From: an uncultured Actinomycetota bacterium
GTDB lineage: Bacteria > Actinomycetota > Thermoleophilia > RBG-16-64-13
Length of the DNA: 64,000 bases
Direction: 5' to 3'
Assembly: GCA_963843515.1 (NCBI GenBank)
Contig: CAWJKH010000007.1
Span: 324,017-388,016 of the forward strand
Part shown: piece after piece, positions 59,521 through 64,000 of the stretch
Layout: each line of letters begins with the position of its first letter
Numbering within the stretch: position 1 is the stretch's first letter
The notes under the pieces: model-generated
The model's database searches: none
Told to the model about the DNA's origin: nothing
What the model saw: only the letters and a program-made list of their open reading frames with translations
Made by a program: the position numbers and the translations under genes

Positions 59521-59660
59521 TCCCCGGTTAAAATCGAGGTCTGAGGGGCCAAAATGTGCCTATTGGCAGGGCAAAAGCGGCCGTTAGGTGGCGGGACCCC
59601 GGTTCGTACTAATAACAGACGGAATTGCGGAATATGCGGGCGTTTGAGAGGTATCCGGGC
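59521..59660 (+). repeat. mosaic repeat copy: H1 head plus core plus unique Z tail
   Basis: TCCCCGGTT...GGGGCCAAAATGTGCCTATTGGCAGGGCAAAAGCGGCCGTTAGGTGGCGGGACCCC, then GGTTCGTACTAATAACAGACGG, which is seen nowhere else in the window. Confidence 0.7.
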
Positions 59661-59969
59661 GCCGCTTTGGAATGACTTTCCTCGAACCAGTCACGCACAT
59701 CTTCACGCTGCCTGGTCTCTTGCACACAAATCAGCACACTACCCAGCCCCGCCATGTGGCCAGGCAAGAACTCGCCAAGAAGCTCTCCTCCAACCCCCCA
59801 GGCGTCTGATATCGCAGTTTAGACCGAGCGATAGACTTGAGTCCATGAAACGCGCACTTGGCGCGGTGTGGCGAGGGAAGGAGAGGATCATGAAGCTCGC
59901 CATCTCTGGAGCAACGGGGGGCACGCGATCCGGACAGTCGAGGGCCTGTAACTCACTGATCACGAAAGG

Positions 59970-61361
59970 ATGAGTCCCGTGAACATCACCGTCCTCAACG
60001 GCAGTCCCAAAGGCGAACTCAGTGTCACGATGCAGTCGGTGGCCTATCTGGCCAAACACTACCCCGAGCACACGTTCGACGTCCTGCACATCGCGCAACG
60101 CGCGAAGCGCCTGGAGAACAACCGGGAAGAGTTCGACCAGGTCATCGACAAGGTGCGGGCCGCGGACGCGGTCATCTGGGGCTTCCCCCTCTACATCCTG
60201 CTCGTCCACGGGAACTACAAGCGTTTCATCGAGCTGGTCTTCGAACGCGACGTGCAGGACGCCTTCGCCGGCAAATACACCGCCGCGCTGTCCACCTCCA
60301 TCCACTACTTCGACCACACCGCCCACAACTACATCCACGGCATCTGTGACGACCTGGGGATGCGCTTCGTGGACTCCTTCGCCGCCGACATGTACGATCT
60401 GCTCGGGGAGGAAGGCCGCGCCCAACTGCTCGGGTTCGGCCAACAGTTCCTGGACGCCGTGCAGACCCAGGCGCCCACCCAGCGCCGCTTCCCGCCCCTT
60501 TCCCGCCGGGAGTTCGCGTACCAGCCGGGACTCCCCTCCCACCCCGTCTCCTCTGGCGGCAAGAAGGTCGTGATCCTGCACGACGAGCAATCGTCCGACA
60601 GCAACCTGGCAAAGATGGTGGCCCGCTGCCGCGCCGCGGTCGACGGCGACGTGACCGTGGTCAACATCCGCGACCTCGACATCAAAGCCGGCTGCCAGGG
60701 GTGCCTGGAGTGCGCCGCGAAGTACCGCTGCTTCTATACAGGCAAAGACGCGTTCATAGACTTCTACGGGTCCACAGTCATGACCGCCGACGTGCTCGTC
60801 TACGCCGGGACCATGGTCGACCGGTACCTCTCGGCGCGCTGGAAGACGTTCTTCGACCGCACGTTCTTCAACACCCACACGCCGGTCCTGGTCGGCAAAC
60901 AGGTGGCGCTGGTCGTTTCAGGCCCGCTCGGACAGACACCGAACCTGATGGAGATCTTCGACGGATACTTCCAATACCAGGGCGCCAGTGTCGTCGGCGT
61001 CGTAAGCGACGAGACCGGGGACTCAGCCGAACTCGACCGCCTGCTCGACGGGTTGATGACGCGCGCCCTGGCGAACGCCCAAGCCGGCTACGTCCACCCG
61101 ATGACTTTCCTCGGCGCCGCGGGGATGAAGGTCTTCCGCGACGACATGTACGGGCGTCTGCGCGTCGTCTTCGCGGCCGACCACAACGCGTACCGCCGTT
61201 CGGGCCTCTACAAGACGTTCCCGCAGCGGCAACTGGGGACGCGGATGCTCAACACGTTCGGGGCGCCGATCATCAACCTGCCCCCGATCCGCAAGAAGTT
61301 CGACCCGATGATCAAGCCTCAGATGGTGTCTTCACACAAGAAGGCGGTGGCCAAGTATTAG
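59970..61361 (+). CDS. tandem flavodoxin-like-fold NAD(P)H-dependent oxidoreductase
   Basis: 463 aa, intact. Two NADPH-FMN-reductase-like halves (ITVLNGSPKG...VIWGFPLY and KVVILHDE...CQGCLEC...VLVYAGTMVDRY). Confidence 0.7.
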   Translation: MSPVNITVLNGSPKGELSVTMQSVAYLAKHYPEHTFDVLHIAQRAKRLENNREEFDQVIDKVRAADAVIWGFPLYILLVHGNYKRFIELVFERDVQDAFAGKYTAALSTSIHYFDHTAHNYIHGICDDLGMRFVDSFAADMYDLLGEEGRAQLLGFGQQFLDAVQTQAPTQRRFPPLSRREFAYQPGLPSHPVSSGGKKVVILHDEQSSDSNLAKMVARCRAAVDGDVTVVNIRDLDIKAGCQGCLECAAKYRCFYTGKDAFIDFYGSTVMTADVLVYAGTMVDRYLSARWKTFFDRTFFNTHTPVLVGKQVALVVSGPLGQTPNLMEIFDGYFQYQGASVVGVVSDETGDSAELDRLLDGLMTRALANAQAGYVHPMTFLGAAGMKVFRDDMYGRLRVVFAADHNAYRRSGLYKTFPQRQLGTRMLNTFGAPIINLPPIRKKFDPMIKPQMVSSHKKAVAKY

Positions 61362-61704
61362 GCGCCGCGCGACTCATCGCGGCGGCGGAGCATGACTGCA
61401 ACAGGCGTCTTCATGATCCCTCCCTTCTCGTTCCCTCTCGCAGGTCTGTGCCGCCTCAACGCCCGCGCTTCAGACCACACCTCGAGACAGCCGGCGCGCG
61501 TTTCAAGAGTCTTTCTCTCTCGGGAATTGCTGCCAGTCGGAAGACTCCGCCGTCCTGCGTCAAGCAGAGAGACACTCGTTCGAAGAGGGGGTGAGAGGGC
61601 CAACCTCCACGGAGCACCCGTTAGAACGCTGATCTAGACAGGCTCTACTGCGCGCGCCTACCGATTGGCGGGCGTTCTCGTTCAAGTCGAGCGTGCCGTC
61701 TATT

Positions 61705-61860
61705 CACTTTATAAACATATGGTATATGCAGGGCTTTCCTGTGGCGGGACCCCGGAGCGAACGGATGGGGGACAGAATTCGGGGCTTTGCGTTCCTTGGG
61801 CGGGTGAGCTGATCTGGGGGCCAGACCCAGAGTTGAACCAGCCACCCGCATTTCACACTA
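61705..61860 (+). repeat. mosaic repeat copy: H2 head plus core plus Y tail (Y1)
   Basis: ACTTTATAAACATATGGTATATGCAGGGCTTTCCTGTGGCGGGACCCC, then GGAGCGAACGGATGGGGGACAGAATTCGGGGCTTTGCGTTCC...CCAGCCACCCGCATTTCAC. Confidence 0.8.
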
Positions 61861-61947
61861 TCTGGTCTGTCGCTCAGCGCGAGTCTCGCCGGCCGCGACC
61901 CTCATAGCCAACCGGGCGACCCCACCACTTGGGCTGGGATTCACTCC

Positions 61948-62235
61948 TCATCCGACTGCCGCGAGATGCTCCACCGCCTGTGTTGGACGGCACCGGGCCA
62001 GATCATATGCCGACTGGAGATTGATCCAGAACTCGGGAGTGGTGTTGAGCGCTTGAGCAAGGAGCCAGGCGGTCTCCGGCGTAATTCCGCGCTTACCGCG
62101 AACCAGCTCGTTGATGCGCTGCACCGGCACGCCCAGGTGGGCCGCGAGGGCCACCTGAGAAACGCCCAAAGGCGCTAGGAACTCCTGGCTCAACACGACC
62201 CCCGGATGGGTCGGAATCCGGTTCTCCGGAATCAT
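61948..62235 (-). CDS. higA: HigA-family antitoxin (XRE HTH)
   Basis: 95 aa. PTHPGVVLSQEFLAPLGVSQVALAAHLGVPVQRINELVRGKRGITPETA. Confidence 0.85.
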   Translation of the reverse strand: MIPENRIPTHPGVVLSQEFLAPLGVSQVALAAHLGVPVQRINELVRGKRGITPETAWLLAQALNTTPEFWINLQSAYDLARCRPTQAVEHLAAVG

Positions 62236-62248
62236 GGCTTCGCCTCCT

Positions 62249-62541
62249 TCAAACGTGATAATCCATTAGCCGAACGTCGTGGGCATTGTTGCCTTCCCAA
62301 CGGAACACCACTCGCCACTGGTCGTTCACTCGGATAGAGTGACGGCCCTCGAGGTCACCCTTCAATGCTTCGAGTCTATTGCGGGGGGAGACCTGAGGTC
62401 CAGTACCGTCGAGGCCGCGTTGAGCATGTCCAGCTTGACCAAAGCCGGGGCGACGATGTCGTGCGGGAACCGGCGTGCCCGGCCGGTGGGCCGGTTGTGG
62501 TACAGATCCTCTGCGGCGCGGTCGCCGAACGAGACAATCAT
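62249..62541 (-). pseudogene. higB: HigB-type (plasmid maintenance killer, RelE-fold) toxin, single frame break next to a C6/G6 run
   Basis: MIVSFGDRAAEDLYHNRPTGRARRFPHDI...DLRSPP, then NRLEALKGDLEGRHSIRVNDQWRVVFRWEGNNAHDVRLMDYH. Break at ~62381-62388 beside GCGGGGGGAG. Confidence 0.8.
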
Positions 62542-62679
62542 TGTCCCTCCTGCCAATCACCCAGCAAGAATATCGCTATCACGGTTACCGTGCAAGTATT
62601 TATAGATGGGAGACGCGGGAAAAGACGAGCAACTCGGAAGCGAGTAGCCCCGGATCGAGTCGGTATCTGGGACGCACAC

Positions 62680-62780
62680 CCCTGTATGGGAAGAAAGTGG
62701 CGGGACCCGGACTTGTATGGTCTGCCGACATTCCCTTCCGACTGGTGATGGCCTAGAAAGCACAAAAACCCCTGCAACCG
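62680..62780 (+). repeat. mosaic repeat copy: short H3 head plus core plus X tail
   Basis: CCCTGTATGGGAAGAAAGTGGCGGGACCCGGACTTGTATGGTCTGCCGACATTCCCTTCCGACTGGTGATGGCCTAGAAAGCACAAAAACC. Confidence 0.8.
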
Positions 62781-62882
62781 GCCTGAATCTGGTTCAAATA
62801 CAGTGGCGCCCACGTTCACAAGCAAGACAACTCTTTCCCGGGCAGTGGATACGCAGCACTCGGTCGCTCTCCAACGCTCGAG

Positions 62883-63179
62883 CTACCCTCGCCCGCGCCA
62901 GTAGAAGGGGCGTTTGCGCTGGGGTGCTATGGCGAGGATTGTAATGAAGTCGTCGCGCACCTCGTAGAAGAGCGTGTAGGGAAAGCGCGCCAAGACAAGC
63001 TTGCGAACATTGGGCGCGACTTCGGGGGCGGCTTCGGGATGCTGTCGAATCCGCGCGAAACCGGCCTCCACCTCACCGATGAACACCGAGCCGAGGCCGG
63101 GGCTCTCGCGGTCGTAGTAGTCGACGGTGTCGTTGAACTCCCGCAGCGCGTCGTCGTGAAGACGCAGTTGCCGAGTCAC
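62883..63179 (-). CDS. ParE/RelE-family toxin
   Basis: 98 aa. HDDALREFNDTVDYY...FPYTLFYEVRDDFITILAIAPQRKRP. Confidence 0.8.
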   Translation of the reverse strand: MTRQLRLHDDALREFNDTVDYYDRESPGLGSVFIGEVEAGFARIRQHPEAAPEVAPNVRKLVLARFPYTLFYEVRDDFITILAIAPQRKRPFYWRGRG

Positions 63180-63400
63180 TTCAGGCGGGCCCGAGCCTGT
63201 GCGATCGCCTCGTCCGCCGGAGTTGTGTTGGCGTTGCCGGCGTCGATCTCGGCGCTGCGCCGCATCGCTTCCTCAATCCAGAGCTGCTCGACTTCTGCTT
63301 CCGAAAGAGATTCCAGGCTATTGAGCAGCTCGTGGGCCATGGAGGCACGATCAGCGGCGTTGAGCCGCAACGCTTCGCGCAGGAGTTCGTCGACGGTCAT
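63176..63400 (-). CDS. putative addiction-module antitoxin component (small helical, TIGR02574-like)
   Basis: 74 aa. LSEAEVEQLWIEEAMRRSAEIDAG pattern. 4-nt overlap with the toxin gene. Confidence 0.7.
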   Translation of the reverse strand: MTVDELLREALRLNAADRASMAHELLNSLESLSEAEVEQLWIEEAMRRSAEIDAGNANTTPADEAIAQARARLK

Positions 63401-63548
63401 CTCAATACCTCACAAGTCCGAGCGGAACCAAGATAATTCTACGCTCCCGCGGGTCCAATGCCCACGCACCAAAGGTGGAGATAGGCGAAGTCCGCCTCAC
63501 CTTACTTCCGGCGCGAGCTTTCTGGCTTGGCAGATATCCCCGGTGCAA

Positions 63549-63700
63549 ATCGGGGTGAGAGGGCAAGACAATGCCTATTTGCAGGGACAAGTGGCGGGAC
63601 CCGGACTTGTATGGTCTGCCGACATTCCCTTCCGACTGGTGACGGCCCAGAATGCACAAAAACGCTGCATCCGGGTGACTATTCGCCGGCCGCTGCCACG
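63549..63700 (+). repeat. mosaic repeat copy: H1 head plus core plus X tail
   Basis: ATCGGGGTGAGAGGGCAAGACAATGCCTATTTGCAGGGACAAGTGGCGGGACCCGGACTTGTATGGTCTGCCGACATTCCCTTCCGACTGGTGACGGCC...GGGTGACTATTCGCCGGC. Confidence 0.8.
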
Positions 63701-64000
63701 TTGCGCTGGGCCGTGCCCAACCCGACTACGGCGCGCGTGGACGCCCGGCGACCGCCGAGGACATACCCGATGATGAGCGAGCCGATGACGAAGATGATCA
63801 GCGCCAAGAATCCTCTCGAGCCGATCAGGCTGATGATGTTGGAGATGTTCAGCCCCAACCCGGTCACCAGAAGAACCAGCAGGGAGACGCCAGACAGCTT
63901 GTTCATCAGGGGGGCCCATCGCTGAGCGCTCTCCTCGGAGTGCGACCGCCATAGCAGCCCGATCACGATGGGAGCCAGCATCGTCACGATCAGGGATTTC
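63679..64000 (-). CDS. bile acid:sodium symporter (BASS)-like membrane protein fragment; N-terminus off-window, C-terminus apparently cut short
   Basis: The frame is open to the window edge. LLVLLVTGLGLNISNIISLIG...VVGLGTAQRNVAAAGE* ends right after the conserved QRN motif, and the last codons and stop lie inside the X repeat. Confidence 0.55.
   Translation of the reverse strand, partial: KSLIVTMLAPIVIGLLWRSHSEESAQRWAPLMNKLSGVSLLVLLVTGLGLNISNIISLIGSRGFLALIIFVIGSLIIGYVLGGRRASTRAVVGLGTAQRNVAAAGE

Noticed and set aside
59564-59580. Sigma-54-type promoter (TGGCAGGGCAAAAGC has the GG-N10-GC spacing)
   Set aside because: The -12 element is AAGC, not TTGC. The other two H1 copies lack the TGGCA half. 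The spacing match is most likely chance.
61536-61602. Extra repeat fragments in the 340-nt non-coding stretch after the oxidoreductase gene (CCAGTCGGAAG, an inverted 11-mer of X; GGGGTGAGAGGGC, a 13-mer of the H1 head)
   Set aside because: They are too short to call as copies. They may be decayed repeat debris or chance matches, so they are not annotated as features.
52478-63700. Possible CRISPR array or classical integron, given the repeated ~60-150-nt elements between small gene blocks
   Set aside because: The repeats are far too long, too heterogeneous and too irregularly spaced (0.9 to 4 kb) for CRISPR. No cas genes or IntI-type integrase are present in the window, and I could not identify attC R''/L''-L'/R' boxes or an attI/Pc arrangement. 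It is kept only as an analogy in the findings.

Overview
Visibly GC-rich, gene-dense bacterial chromosomal segment; the codon usage and protein families look Actinobacteria-like or Chloroflexi-like, but I cannot place it taxonomically. I could support about 60 protein-coding loci. I recognised no rRNA, tRNA, CRISPR array, transposase or integrase. The left ~41 kb holds ordinary metabolic and housekeeping genes. These include a partial LarA-like gene, glgP, a GH3-family gene, an aldo/keto reductase, a queF-queC-queD-queE operon and an MFS transporter. There are also two secreted multicopper oxidases flanking a VKOR/DsbA pair, a PFK, flavin oxidoreductases and a DUF1906/CBM-like/IPT surface protein. 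A two-subunit biotin carboxylase sits between two UPF0261 (Tm-1-like) genes and next to a P5C-dehydrogenase-like gene. From ~41.8 kb the sequence is visibly more AT-rich and patchy. It holds TetR, CDGSH, three type II toxin-antitoxin pairs, two DUF4386 genes, an arylsulfatase flanked by gene remnants, a cupredoxin, a STAS protein with a giant kinase-membrane-PAS-PP2C fusion, and a GntR-ABC operon. Two things stand out. (1) A mosaic intergenic repeat family built on a shared GTGGCGGGACCC core has 7 copies, all in the same orientation. It separates every operon-sized block between 52.5 and 63.7 kb and sits at or next to three gene 3' ends. (2) About 40 single-nucleotide reading-frame breaks occur in about 11 otherwise well-conserved genes. 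Those I could resolve fall in short G or C runs, which looks more like homopolymer sequencing error than decay. I found no recognisable defence or mobile system. The repeat/cassette architecture, the carboxylase-UPF0261 cluster and the fused partner-switching protein are the best leads, and all remain hypotheses.
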